Positions 8,011 through 18,195 are shown, counted from the stretch's first letter. The stretch is 22,858 nucleotides of DNA from Myxococcota bacterium (GCA_039208735.1 JBCCQY010000151.1:1-22858); one strand, 5' to 3'. Notes: a model not told the origin generated them from the sequence alone. A program made the numbers and translations.

Positions 8011-11000
8011 ATGCTTCGTCGATTTCCGAGTCTTGCGGTGGTCGTGGTGTTGCAGTTCATCTTTGGGTTGGCTTGCGTAGGTCGCATTCCAGGCTGCGGA
8101 AGTACCCCCGAAGCCGTCGAGCGCAACAATGTCATGTCTGAGGTGACGCGTCAGGACGTCAACCTCCTCTACGCCAATGACGGGGGACCGCTCGGCGCAT
8201 TGTTCGAGGAAGAACACCGATTCTACGTCCCCTGGGAAGAATTGCCCGAGGCGTGGATTGTGGCGATCGTGGCCGCCGAAGACGGCCGCTTTTGGCACCA
8301 CGGAGGCATGGACGCCAGCCACGTCGCACGCGCCGCGCGCGACAATCTGGGAGCCGGAGCGGTGGTCGCGGGGGGATCTACCCTCACCCAACAGACCGCG
8401 AAAAACCTTTTCGAACGCCAGGGTCGGTCGCTTGGCGCCAAGTTCCAAGAACTCGACTACGCATTTCACCTCGAAGACGTTTTCGACAAGCACGAGATCC
8501 TCGAGTTCTACGCAAACCTGTTTCACGTGACGGGCAACGGCGAGGGCTTGGGCGTTGCCGCCCGCTACTTCTTCAACAAGACGGCCAAGCAGCTCACCGT
8601 TCTGGAGTGTGCCTACCTGGCTGGGATCGTGAAGGGGCCCGCCAACTACGACCCGCTGCGCGGTGATGCAGATGCGCGTGAAACGGCGTTGGTGAGGGCC
8701 CGCGAGCGTACGCGCTATGTGCTCGGCCGCATCATCGAGGAGACGCCCGACAACCTGATGCCGACCAGCGGCGAGCGCATCGATGAGACGGCGGTCCAAG
8801 CCCTCAAGGCGGAGGCGCAGCGCCTGCTCGACGACGATCCGGCGATTCCCTTTGCACGTGGCACCTTCCGGTTCCCTCGGACCGTGATCGTCGACGAGGT
8901 CGCGGCCCAGCTCGAGGGCTCCTACTTCCAAGATGTGCTGGCTCGTGCGGGCATCGAGGATCTCATGACCTCGGGCCTCACCGTCGTGACGACGATCGAC
9001 CTGTACCAGCAACACGAAGCCGTCTATTCGCTACGTCATCACCTCACCGAAACCGGGTTGTGGCTTGAACCTTCCGAGCCCTCTCGATTCCTGCGAGGCG
9101 AAGCCCCCACCTTCGATCCCAGCGACGCGTTGGTGACCCACGAGTTCCGTATGGCCACGATCAAGGGCCCGATTGACGGCGGAATCGACCTCGACCTGGG
9201 AGGCGTGCCATGTCGCCTCGATGCCGAGGCGCTCACCCGAGCCGCCGATGCCCTACACCGCGGCAACAAGGGCAACCGCAGTGTGCGTGCTCCCAGCTCG
9301 GTCAAGGCCGCCTTGAAAGCCGCGTTAACCCCGGGCTCCGTGGTCGAAGTCTCGGTCCGCGATGCGAAAGCGAGCCGTTGCGACCTCGAACTACTCCCCG
9401 AGCTGCAGGGAGCCGTCGCCGTACTCGATCAAGGGCGCCTGCGAGCGATGGTGGGCGGGAGTGAAAACCGAGACTTCAACCGGGTATTGGCCAAACGTCA
9501 GTTCGGTTCTACCTTCAAGCCCCTCATCTACCATGCGGCCCTCACCCTGGGCTGGCAGCCCGACGACGCGCTCGAGAATGCACCGCAGGAATTCCGCTTT
9601 GCGGGCACCAAGTACTCGCCACGACCAGACCACACCCCCGCCCCCGAGGTCTCGATTGCCTGGGCCGGGGTGAAGTCCGAGAACATTGCCTCGGTCTGGC
9701 TTCTCGCCCACCTCGTGGAACAGCTTTCGGCGGATCAGATTCGCGCGCTCGCGGGCAAGCTGGACCTGGGCCCGGAACCTGAAGAGACGCCGCAAGACTA
9801 TGAAAAGCGACTCCGCAAGCTGGGGGTAAACCTCGACCTCACCGAGGTCGAAGATCTGGGGTTCGCCGAGTCCAAGCGTGCACTTGCTGAACGATTGCGG
9901 GCCGAAGGGCGAACCGCGGAAGCCCAAGCCGTCTCGGGGCTCGTCGATGGCGAAGGCCGGTACGGATTTCAAACTCTCTCCCAGACCGCGGGTCGATGCC
10001 GCACGGCCTACGACCAACTGCGTCGGTCGCTGCGCAGCGGCGTCAAGAACCCTCCGGAGCTATGGGCTAAACGTCAAGGCAACGTTGTGGCGCTGGCTTG
10101 TGGCGTTCAGCCGGCGGGCTATCGACGTCCCAAGGTCGTGCTCCAACCCAAGCGCGGCAAAAACGGCCGCCGGCGTCCTCGCTTGTTCGGACCCCAGCTC
10201 GTGTCTCGCAGCGCGGTTCAGTTGCCTGGCGGCCTCACCATCGGAACGGTCGACGCCCTTGAACGCAGCAAGCCGGCCAAGGGCGAAAACCTCGAGACGT
10301 TGCCGCTTACCGACCCGCGGCGTCTCAAGGCCAACCCCGATTTCCGTTGGTTGCTCGCCCTGCGCTACGTCCAGGAACTCGCACGGCGCTACGGCGTTTC
10401 CTCAAAACTCCCCGACGTAATGTCCCTTCCCTTGGGATCGGTTGAGATCTCCCTTCAGGAAGCCGCCCTGCTGTATTCGGGCCTGACCTCCGGACAGGGG
10501 GCTCAGGCCCGCGCGACGGGCATCGACGGCCAACCGCTCGCGGCTCCTCCAAATCCGACCCTCATCTCCGAGATTCGAGACGCCCAAGGCAAGGTGATCT
10601 TCAAGGCAGAACCCGACCCCCAACGCGTGGCCACGGCCGAGGCGGGCATTCTCACCGCCGACATTCTGCGCAACGTTGTGGAGCATGGCACGGGTCGGCG
10701 TGCCCGAGGCCTGGTGTCCGCCGGAAGTGCGCACATTCCCATTGGCGGCAAGACGGGGACCACCAACGACTTCAAGAACTCGGCCTTCGTGGGCTTCGTG
10801 CCGGGCACGGCCTCGCGCGGATTCTCTGCCGCCCAAGGCTCGATCGTGGCCGCTTACGTAGGCTTCGACGACAATCGCTCCATGAAACAGGGGAGCATCC
10901 GCATTTCTGGAGCAAGTGGCGCCTTGCCCGCATGGATGGGCACCGTCCGGGGCATCGTCCGATTCGGCGATGTCTCGTCCCCCAGATCCGCTCGCGCCGT

Positions 11001-11202
11001 GGATGGCACATGGCCACTCGAAGCAAGGGGTCTTTCTCCAAAAAGAGTCAGCGCATCGAGCGGACTTCCAGATCGGAGTGGAACGGCCGAAGTGCTCGTC
11101 GCCCCCCAGCGTACCGTCGCGCTCCCCGGGGCGGAAGCCAAACCGCTGACGCCCGTGAGACCTCGCTCGCGTACGAGAAGGCGGTGGTGGAAGTTCTGGT
11201 AG
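8011..11202 (+). CDS. Class A penicillin-binding protein (PBP1A-like transglycosylase/transpeptidase) with large insertions
   Basis: N-terminal TM. GT51 motifs AAEDGRFWHHGG, GGSTLTQQTAKN, KFQE, KHEILEFYAN. Transpeptidase motifs STFK (SxxK), SEN (SxN), KTG. Confidence 0.93.
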   Translation: MLRRFPSLAVVVVLQFIFGLACVGRIPGCGSTPEAVERNNVMSEVTRQDVNLLYANDGGPLGALFEEEHRFYVPWEELPEAWIVAIVAAEDGRFWHHGGMDASHVARAARDNLGAGAVVAGGSTLTQQTAKNLFERQGRSLGAKFQELDYAFHLEDVFDKHEILEFYANLFHVTGNGEGLGVAARYFFNKTAKQLTVLECAYLAGIVKGPANYDPLRGDADARETALVRARERTRYVLGRIIEETPDNLMPTSGERIDETAVQALKAEAQRLLDDDPAIPFARGTFRFPRTVIVDEVAAQLEGSYFQDVLARAGIEDLMTSGLTVVTTIDLYQQHEAVYSLRHHLTETGLWLEPSEPSRFLRGEAPTFDPSDALVTHEFRMATIKGPIDGGIDLDLGGVPCRLDAEALTRAADALHRGNKGNRSVRAPSSVKAALKAALTPGSVVEVSVRDAKASRCDLELLPELQGAVAVLDQGRLRAMVGGSENRDFNRVLAKRQFGSTFKPLIYHAALTLGWQPDDALENAPQEFRFAGTKYSPRPDHTPAPEVSIAWAGVKSENIASVWLLAHLVEQLSADQIRALAGKLDLGPEPEETPQDYEKRLRKLGVNLDLTEVEDLGFAESKRALAERLRAEGRTAEAQAVSGLVDGEGRYGFQTLSQTAGRCRTAYDQLRRSLRSGVKNPPELWAKRQGNVVALACGVQPAGYRRPKVVLQPKRGKNGRRRPRLFGPQLVSRSAVQLPGGLTIGTVDALERSKPAKGENLETLPLTDPRRLKANPDFRWLLALRYVQELARRYGVSSKLPDVMSLPLGSVEISLQEAALLYSGLTSGQGAQARATGIDGQPLAAPPNPTLISEIRDAQGKVIFKAEPDPQRVATAEAGILTADILRNVVEHGTGRRARGLVSAGSAHIPIGGKTGTTNDFKNSAFVGFVPGTASRGFSAAQGSIVAAYVGFDDNRSMKQGSIRISGASGALPAWMGTVRGIVRFGDVSSPRSARAVDGTWPLEARGLSPKRVSASSGLPDRSGTAEVLVAPQRTVALPGAEAKPLTPVRPRSRTRRRWWKFW

Positions 11203-11221
11203 GTTGGGGTAAGGTGCGGCC

Positions 11222-12625
11222 ATGGCGAGGTTTGTCGAAACAGAAGTGCTGACCGCTGATGAGGCAGTGCAAAAGGTCCTGGACACGCAACACGACCAGT
11301 TTCGAGTCCGGCGCTCGCTTTGGAACTTGCCCAAATCCGAGTGGGAAGAAGCGCGTGAGCGGTTCCGCGATCTGGCCCAACTTGCGCATCCGGCACTTCC
11401 TCAACTCGTGGCGGTAGGCGAGGAGCAGCGCATCCTCACCCTCGTCGAGGATTACGTCGACGGAAAGACGCTCGAAGAGCGGCTGGCGGAAGAAGAACCC
11501 CTCCCCATCGAGAAGGCAGTGGCTCTGCTCATCCCCATCGTCCAGGCGGTGGGTGCGATGCACAAGCTCTTCATGGGCCACGGAGGCATCGATACCCGCT
11601 CCATCATCATCGATGGGGAAGGCCAGTCCTGGCTTGTGGGGGCAGGAGCGCGAGAAGCCCTCCCTGATAGCGACTTCGAGGCGCTGGCCGAAGTGCTCGT
11701 GCGGTGTGTCCTCGATCCCACCGAGGAGAGCGTCAACCTCGTGCACGACCTACGGGTCGGCAAGCTCCGCGACTGCAAAAAGCTCCTCCAACGACTGGCC
11801 GAGTTGGTGCCCGAAGGCGCGCTTGACGGGGCCTTTCCCGGTCTCGATGACACGTTCGGATACACCGAGCCCTTGTCGGCCGAGGTCGAAGAGGAAGCGG
11901 ATTCCGAATCCGAAGACGATTTCGACTGGGTCGGCGTTAGCGACGAAAACGAGACGCGCCGACGCGCGGATGACCGCAAGATGCTGCGCTGGTTCGGCAT
12001 TGGCACCGCCGCCATTGCCGTTGTCGGGCTCATCGCAAGCGTCGATCTTGGGGGCTCCAGCCCTCCGCCAAGTGACACCGAAGACGTCGCCGAGGCGGTC
12101 GAACTCGCCAGCATCGCCCCGCCCGACGGACTCGAGGAGGACGAGATCGAGGTCGCTCGAGTGGACGGCCTTGGCAAGTGGCGTGTCCAGCGCGTGGAAG
12201 GCCGCCGGCATCCCTCGACCACGATCGAGCTTGAAGCCGAAAACAGCGTCAAGGACCGCCTCAATCGCTCGGGATTCCCCGTCCTCCACATCCGCTGCGC
12301 CGAGCATGAACTCGCCGTGTCGGTCACGCCAGGCGTCGATACCGTTGAGGCCTTCGTCGCCAAGGATGCGAGCTACGCCAAGCACGCAGACCTGGCGTTC
12401 ACCTGGGAAGGCACGCCGAGCGAACACCTGCAGGCCGATTTTCGGCCTGACTCACCGGAACTCGACCTGCGCTCGGTAGCGCCCATTCTCAAGGATGCCC
12501 CTCGGGCCCAGTCGCTCTACCTGTCCTACACGCCGTTCGCTTCGGATTCGGTGATTGCGATCTTCGATGTTCGCGGCATGGACCGTGCGATGGGCGCGCT
12601 GGGTCGGTTCTGCGAGCTGCCGTAG
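11222..12625 (+). CDS. Membrane-anchored Ser/Thr pseudokinase with a C-terminal VasI/TagO-like extracytoplasmic domain
   Basis: Kinase scaffold LAQLAHPALPQL, LVEDYVDGKTL, MH...HGGIDTRSIII, SDFEALA with catalytic motifs lost. Then an acidic linker, TM WFGIGTAAIAVVGLIA, and C-terminal GKW..., PVLHIRC, YTPF, IFDVRGMDRAMGALGRFC. Confidence 0.75.
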   Translation: MARFVETEVLTADEAVQKVLDTQHDQFRVRRSLWNLPKSEWEEARERFRDLAQLAHPALPQLVAVGEEQRILTLVEDYVDGKTLEERLAEEEPLPIEKAVALLIPIVQAVGAMHKLFMGHGGIDTRSIIIDGEGQSWLVGAGAREALPDSDFEALAEVLVRCVLDPTEESVNLVHDLRVGKLRDCKKLLQRLAELVPEGALDGAFPGLDDTFGYTEPLSAEVEEEADSESEDDFDWVGVSDENETRRRADDRKMLRWFGIGTAAIAVVGLIASVDLGGSSPPPSDTEDVAEAVELASIAPPDGLEEDEIEVARVDGLGKWRVQRVEGRRHPSTTIELEAENSVKDRLNRSGFPVLHIRCAEHELAVSVTPGVDTVEAFVAKDASYAKHADLAFTWEGTPSEHLQADFRPDSPELDLRSVAPILKDAPRAQSLYLSYTPFASDSVIAIFDVRGMDRAMGALGRFCELP

Positions 12626-12626
12626 C

Positions 12627-12911
12627 TCACCACGCGAAGCGGCCCACCCACGCAATCGTCCAGGTTACAAGCGGCACTACCGCGACGAAGCTCCCCGCCG
12701 CGAGGGTGGCGAGCCCCCGCCATTCGTAGTCCTGAACCACCAGAATCCCCTGAACCGCTAAGAAGAACAGGGCATACTCCGCGCGCCCATTCGCCTCGTC
12801 GAGGTAAGCCGCGAGTTCGTCATCCGTCCGTCGACGCTCCGCCCACAACAGCATCAACAGCGGAGCGCAGATCACGAACCAAATCGTCATGGCGAGGGCG
12901 AGCGGACTCAT
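12627..12911 (-). CDS. Small membrane protein (about 3 TM), hypothetical
   Basis: Three hydrophobic segments in 94 aa. It lies directly downstream of ndh on the same strand. Confidence 0.65.
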   Translation of the reverse strand: MSPLALAMTIWFVICAPLLMLLWAERRRTDDELAAYLDEANGRAEYALFFLAVQGILVVQDYEWRGLATLAAGSFVAVVPLVTWTIAWVGRFAW

Positions 12912-12947
12912 CGCGCTCGGCTAGCCTCTTTCACGCCACCTCGCAGC

Positions 12948-14273
12948 CTACGCCGATTTCGACTCAGCGTCCGGCCACGGTACGACCCGCCCGGGATCGG
13001 GCTTCTTTTCGGCCCGGAGCGGCCACACGAGTCGCGTGGCCCGATCGTGGGTGAACCACGCCCAGGCCCACTTCACCATGACGACAAGCCGGTTGCGGTA
13101 GGTCACGAGGAACCAAACGTGGACGAAGACCCAGAGCAGCCAGGCAAGAAAGCCGCTGATCCGAATGCCCATGACGTCGGCCACGGCTCGGCTTCGGCCG
13201 ATCGTCGCCATGTTGCCCTTGTCGACGTACCGAAAGCCCGTTCGGGGCTTCCCGGCTAGATCAGCTCGAATGTTCTTGGCGGCATGCTGGCCCATCTGGA
13301 TGGCGCCCTGAGCGACGCCAGGGACCGGCTGGTTCGTCTTGGGATCGATGAATGTCGCGAGGTCACCGGTGACGAACACCTCGGGATGGCCAGGGACCGA
13401 AAGGTCGTTCTCGACCTTCACTCGACCCGCGCGATCCAGCTCGACGCCTAGGGCTTTGGCAAGCGGCGATGCCTGGACCCCGGCCGCCCAAAGAATCGTC
13501 TTGGACGGAATGAACTCCTCGCCAAGGTAGACCCCATCCTCCGTCACCTTGGTCACGCGCGAACCCAAGCGCACCTGAACCCCAAGCGACTCGAGCTGCC
13601 GCAGGGCGCTCTTGCGCAGCGACTCGGGGTAGGTCCCAAGTACCGCATCCGCACCTTCAAGAAGCAAGATCGTCGCGTCAGCGGTGTTGATGGCTCGGTA
13701 GTCCTTGCGCAACGTCTGGCATGCGATTTCACTGATCGCACCGGCCAGCTCCACGCCGGTGGGGCCCCCGCCCACCACCACGAAGGTCAGCAACGCCTCC
13801 TGCACCGCCGGGTCGCTCTCCCACTCCGCTTTCTCAAACGCAGCGAGAACCCGCTGCCGAATCTCAAGCGCATCCGTCAGCGTCTTGAGGCCCGGGGCAT
13901 GCTCCGCCCACTCGTCGTGGCCGAAGTAGGAGTGGCTGGCCCCTGCGGCGAGGACGAGCCGGTCGTACGGAACCTGCTCTGTCTGCCCTTCGGGCGTCTC
14001 GATGGCCACCTCACGCGACTCAAGGTCGAGGTTCGTCACCTCGGCCAGACGCACGGTCACGTTATCGACGCGACGCAACACCGAACGAATGGGCGCTGCG
14101 ATGTCCGACGGGGCGAGGCCTGCTGTCGCCACTTGGTACAGCAGGGGCTGGAAAAGATGGTGGTTCGTACGGTCGATCAAGACGACGTCAGCGTTCTCGC
14201 GACTCAACCCCCGCGCGACCTCTAGGCCCGCGAAGCCGCCCCCGACCACGACCACCTTGCAACGCTCGCTCAC
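12948..14273 (-). CDS. ndh: Type II NADH dehydrogenase (NAD(P)/FAD-dependent oxidoreductase)
   Basis: Motifs VVVVGGGFAG, NHHLFQPLLYQVAT, FVVVGGGPTGVELAG, WAAG, GD, PGVAQGAIQ, YVDKGNMATIGR. GGAGG SD precedes GTG 14273. Confidence 0.92.
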   Translation of the reverse strand: MSERCKVVVVGGGFAGLEVARGLSRENADVVLIDRTNHHLFQPLLYQVATAGLAPSDIAAPIRSVLRRVDNVTVRLAEVTNLDLESREVAIETPEGQTEQVPYDRLVLAAGASHSYFGHDEWAEHAPGLKTLTDALEIRQRVLAAFEKAEWESDPAVQEALLTFVVVGGGPTGVELAGAISEIACQTLRKDYRAINTADATILLLEGADAVLGTYPESLRKSALRQLESLGVQVRLGSRVTKVTEDGVYLGEEFIPSKTILWAAGVQASPLAKALGVELDRAGRVKVENDLSVPGHPEVFVTGDLATFIDPKTNQPVPGVAQGAIQMGQHAAKNIRADLAGKPRTGFRYVDKGNMATIGRSRAVADVMGIRISGFLAWLLWVFVHVWFLVTYRNRLVVMVKWAWAWFTHDRATRLVWPLRAEKKPDPGRVVPWPDAESKSA

Positions 14274-14358
14274 GAGACCTCCCCGTAAACCTTGTCGCTC
14301 TGCGAACTGTCTCACGGCAATCTAGGCACCGTGTAATGTCCGAACAGGGGTCTTCAGC

Positions 14359-14955
14359 ATGGAAAACCGCAAGCTCGTGCTCTTCGATTTCGACGGCACG
14401 CTGACCAACCGTGACACCATGCTCGCGTTCGTGGAGCACTGTCGGGGGCCGTACCGCTACTGGCTTGGGATGGTGTGGTTACTCCCTTTGTTTGTGGCCC
14501 TCCGAGCCGGCTTCGTTTCGGCCACCGATGCCAAACGAATGTTCCTAAGGCACTTTCTGGGCGGCATGGAGCGTGACCAGCTTGAGCACGCGGCCCGCAC
14601 CTTCGCCGACCGCATCGAAGCCTGGATGCGCCCCATGGGACGATGGCAGCTCGCGCGACACCGCGAGGATGGCGATGAGGTTCTCATTGTGAGCGCATCG
14701 CTCGACCTTTGGCTCGCCCCCTTCCTCGTGGCCCACGGACTGCGGGCATTGTCGACCAAAGCCGCCTTTACCGAAGACGGTCGGTTCGAAGGGGAACTCG
14801 CTTCCCCGAACTGCAATGGGCCTGAAAAGGTCCGACGAATCCGGGAAGCGGTCGATCTTGAGGCGTTTTCGGCCATCACCGCCTACGGCGACAGTCGCGG
14901 CGACCGGGACATGCTCGATTTGGCCGACAATCCCGTCTATCGTCCATTTCGCTAG
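14359..14955 (+). CDS. HAD-IB family hydrolase (phosphoserine-phosphatase-like)
   Basis: Motif I LFDFDGTLT, motif II IVSAS, motif III GPEK, motif IV YGDSRGD. Confidence 0.92.
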   Translation: MENRKLVLFDFDGTLTNRDTMLAFVEHCRGPYRYWLGMVWLLPLFVALRAGFVSATDAKRMFLRHFLGGMERDQLEHAARTFADRIEAWMRPMGRWQLARHREDGDEVLIVSASLDLWLAPFLVAHGLRALSTKAAFTEDGRFEGELASPNCNGPEKVRRIREAVDLEAFSAITAYGDSRGDRDMLDLADNPVYRPFR

Positions 14956-15041
14956 CTTCGGCTCGCCAGATCGGGCCGAGGAGCTTACGCCTTCACGCGA
15001 GCGGAGTCGCCTATGACCGTGCGACCTCCCCCGAGCGGACC

Positions 15042-17402
15042 ATGCTGGAACAAGCCACTCGTCAAGGCCTCGACTGGGCCTTCATCGTCGATCACTGGGC
15101 GCAAGGTGCGCGTACGGCCCTCGGAGCGGCCGCCGTGCGTGAACTGGCGCCCTTGCCCAACCGAGATGCGGTCATCGAGGCGCTGGATGCCACCGATGAG
15201 ATGCTGTGGATCGAGTCGCAGGGGATCGATCTGCCCGTCGGCGCCGTGGAAGACGTCCGGTCGCCCATCGAACGCGCCGCCAAGGGTCAAGTCCTCGAAG
15301 GGGCGGAACTGCTGTCCTCGGCTCGAACCCTTGACGCCCTGCGGCAGGTTCGAAAGGTGCTCGACCGCACGCTCGACAACACCCCAACCCTGTCGACGTG
15401 GGCCGAGGCCATCGAGATTGATGGTGTGGTCGTGGACGACGTGCTTTCGGCCTTCGAAGCCAGCGGCCGGCTCTCTGCCGCGCGGTACCCCGAACTGGGC
15501 GAACTCCGTCAGGCCATTCAGACCCTGCATGCCGAGGTCCGCAGTACGCTCGACCGCCTGGTGAAGAGCGAGGACCTTGGCGATGACCTGCTGCAGGACC
15601 GCTACTGGACCGTGCGGGACGACCGCTACGTCCTTCCCATCAAGTCCCACGCCAAACGCTGGGATCTGGGTCTCGTCCACGGTACGAGCGGCACGGGCCG
15701 TACCGTCTTTGTCGAGCCCCACGCGGTCATTCAACTCAACAACCAGCTGCGCTTGGCCGAGGGACGGCTCCTGGCCGCCGAACACGCGATTCACGCCGAA
15801 CTCTCTGGGGAACTCGGAACCCAGGCGGAAGCGGCTGACGTGGCCCTCGAAGTCGCGGTTCGCCTCGACATTACCGCCGCACGGACCCAGCTCGCCCATC
15901 GCCTTGAGGCCACCCGGCCCCAGGTAGGCGAAGGCGAGCGCATCGCGGTTCGGCAGGCGAGACATCCCGTCCTCGTGTTGCGGGGTGTCGACGTCGTGGC
16001 CAACGACTTGGAAGTGGCCACTGCGCATCCGGTGCTCGTCTTGTCGGGGCCGAACGCCGGGGGCAAAACCGTTGCCATGAAGACGATGGGCCTGTGTGCC
16101 CTCCTCGTGCGTCACGGGTGCCATGTGCCTACCGCCGAGGATTCGAGGGTCGACTACTTCGATGCCGTCTACGCCTCCATCGGAGACCAGCAGACGGTCG
16201 AGGGAGACCTCTCCTCGTTTTCGGCTCAACTGCTCACCTTGCGCCACATGCTCGATGTCGCGGGCCCCCGTCAATTGCTCTTGCTCGACGAGATTGCGAG
16301 CGGAACCGACCCTGCCCAAGGCGCGGCCATTGCGCAAGCGATCTGCGAGCACCTCGCCGAGGCCGGTCCCCGCGTCGTCGTCACCACACACTTCGCGGCA
16401 TTGAAGGCCTTGGGGGCAGCGGACCCACGATTTTCCGTGGCTGCGGTGCAGTACCGCGACGGGCGCGCCACCTACCGCGTGCTGCAGGGCGCCACCGGAG
16501 AAAGCCACGCGATGGAGATCGCGGCCCGCATGGGATTGCCCGCGGAGGTTCTCGAGCGGGCCGAGGCCGCCCTGGGTGAACAAGAGGCCGAACTCGGTCG
16601 ACTCTTGGTGGCCCTCGAAGCCGAGCGCGCACGCGCTGAGGAGGCCCGCGAAGAGGTGCAACGGCTTGTCGCCGAGGCAGATGCCCGGGCCGCCTCCCTC
16701 GCCGCCCGAGAGGCCCGTGTGAAGTCCCGCGCCAAGGAACTCGAGGCCGAAGGCGCAGCCCAGTACCTCAAACGACTGGCCGATGCTGAGCGGGCGGTTG
16801 GCCAGGTCGTGGCCGAACTCCAGCGCGCTCCGTCGCACCGCTACGCCCAAGCAGCTCGCTCCACCATCGATGCGCTTCGAAGCATCGTCCCAGCGGATGC
16901 AGCCCCTGAAAGAGCCCCGGCCCCCCGTCCCATCCAAGTGGGCGACCGGGTTCGCATCGCAGGCGGCAGCAGCAAGGGTGAGGTCGTGAGTCTGTCGGGG
17001 AAGACCGCGCAGATCCAGGTTGGTGGGCTCAAGGTAAAGGCCAAGGTCGCAGATCTGGAACTGGCGGGCGCTCCGAGACGGGCCGCCCCCGAACCAAGCT
17101 TTGCCGAGCCCAAACGGGCCGCCTCCGAGGGCCCCACCCTGGACGAAGCGGTGAGAGTGCCTGGAAACACCCTCGATATGCGTGGAATGCGCGTTGACGA
17201 GGGCCAGGACGCCGCGGAGCAATTCTTCGACAAGTCGATGCGCAGCGGGTGGGACTCGGTGTTCTTGCTGCATGGCCATGGCACCGGCAAGCTCAAGGTG
17301 GGGTTGCGGCGGTGGCTGCGCAGTTGTGGCTACGTTCGAGACTGGTCACCGGCCAACGAGGACCAAGGCGGCGACGCCTTTACCGTCGTCCAGCTCGCGT
17401 GA
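15042..17402 (+). CDS. mutS2: MutS2 family ATPase with KOW and Smr domains
   Basis: GLVHGTSGTGRTVFVEP, P-loop GPNAGGKT, IGDQQ..LSSFS, LLLLDE..GTDP, VTTH, coiled coil, KOW (VGDRVRI) and Smr (LDMRG...LHGHGTG...GGDAFT). Confidence 0.96.
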   Translation: MLEQATRQGLDWAFIVDHWAQGARTALGAAAVRELAPLPNRDAVIEALDATDEMLWIESQGIDLPVGAVEDVRSPIERAAKGQVLEGAELLSSARTLDALRQVRKVLDRTLDNTPTLSTWAEAIEIDGVVVDDVLSAFEASGRLSAARYPELGELRQAIQTLHAEVRSTLDRLVKSEDLGDDLLQDRYWTVRDDRYVLPIKSHAKRWDLGLVHGTSGTGRTVFVEPHAVIQLNNQLRLAEGRLLAAEHAIHAELSGELGTQAEAADVALEVAVRLDITAARTQLAHRLEATRPQVGEGERIAVRQARHPVLVLRGVDVVANDLEVATAHPVLVLSGPNAGGKTVAMKTMGLCALLVRHGCHVPTAEDSRVDYFDAVYASIGDQQTVEGDLSSFSAQLLTLRHMLDVAGPRQLLLLDEIASGTDPAQGAAIAQAICEHLAEAGPRVVVTTHFAALKALGAADPRFSVAAVQYRDGRATYRVLQGATGESHAMEIAARMGLPAEVLERAEAALGEQEAELGRLLVALEAERARAEEAREEVQRLVAEADARAASLAAREARVKSRAKELEAEGAAQYLKRLADAERAVGQVVAELQRAPSHRYAQAARSTIDALRSIVPADAAPERAPAPRPIQVGDRVRIAGGSSKGEVVSLSGKTAQIQVGGLKVKAKVADLELAGAPRRAAPEPSFAEPKRAASEGPTLDEAVRVPGNTLDMRGMRVDEGQDAAEQFFDKSMRSGWDSVFLLHGHGTGKLKVGLRRWLRSCGYVRDWSPANEDQGGDAFTVVQLA

Positions 17403-18195
17403 GCACATCGACCATCGAGAACACCTCGCCTCGGACCCCGGCCTGAAGCTGTTCGTGGAGGTAGCGCACCGCAGTGATCGCTCCGGCCGCATACACCGCC
17501 CGGCCATGGACTCGGGTGGCGAACGTGAGTGACGCCGCACCGGACGGATCGTCCATCACGAAGTCGTGGTACGCGTGACCCTCGAGGTGGGCCTCCGGCA
17601 CGCCCCACGCGCGTGCTCGCGCCTCATCCCGCACCGCCTCAATCGTCTGGGGGCTCACGGGCAATCCGAGGGCCTCAAAGTCCCCCAACATCGCCCGCGC
17701 GGTGCCGCTGATGTCGCGCTTCGCCACTTGATGGGACTCCACGATCGATAGTGTTCCCCCCGTCATCGCGCCGGCAAACCGCTCGGCGATGTGGGCGAGC
17801 GCGGCCTGAAGCAGGATCACGGGAATCGCCATGTTGGCGGCAATGACCGCGGACACCGCACTGGCCTTTACGCGTGCGGCCGCCTGCGAAATCGTGTCGG
17901 CCGACGTCCCAAGCACGAACGGATGGCGCGCCGAACAGTAGTGCTCGACGTTGGGGAGCACTGCCGAAGGGGTGGTGAAGTCGACGATGATGGTGCCCCT
18001 AGGCAACGGCTGCTCGCCAACCTGGGCCGTTTCGACGAGGGTGATGGCGCCGTCGTCTGTTTCATAGGTAGACCCTGCATGGCGGGGACTTGTCAATGCG
18101 ATCGGCACCAACTCGAGGTCGTCGGCTCGCGTGACTTCGTCTACCAGGGCGCGACCTACCGCACCGGGCAATCCGGAAATGACCACAGGGACCAT
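17380..18195 (-). CDS. dapB: 4-hydroxy-tetrahydrodipicolinate reductase, plant-type DapB
   Basis: Motifs ISGLPGAVG, IVDFTTP, PFVLGT, IAANM, ESHQVAKRDISGTA, GVPEAHLEGHAYH, GRAVYAAG. It overlaps the mutS2 3' end by 23 nt. Confidence 0.88.
   Translation of the reverse strand: MVPVVISGLPGAVGRALVDEVTRADDLELVPIALTSPRHAGSTYETDDGAITLVETAQVGEQPLPRGTIIVDFTTPSAVLPNVEHYCSARHPFVLGTSADTISQAAARVKASAVSAVIAANMAIPVILLQAALAHIAERFAGAMTGGTLSIVESHQVAKRDISGTARAMLGDFEALGLPVSPQTIEAVRDEARARAWGVPEAHLEGHAYHDFVMDDPSGAASLTFATRVHGRAVYAAGAITAVRYLHEQLQAGVRGEVFSMVDVLTRAGRR

Noticed and set aside
14985..17279. 764-aa minus-strand ORF
   Set aside because: Antisense shadow of mutS2, typical of high-GC DNA, with no recognisable motifs.
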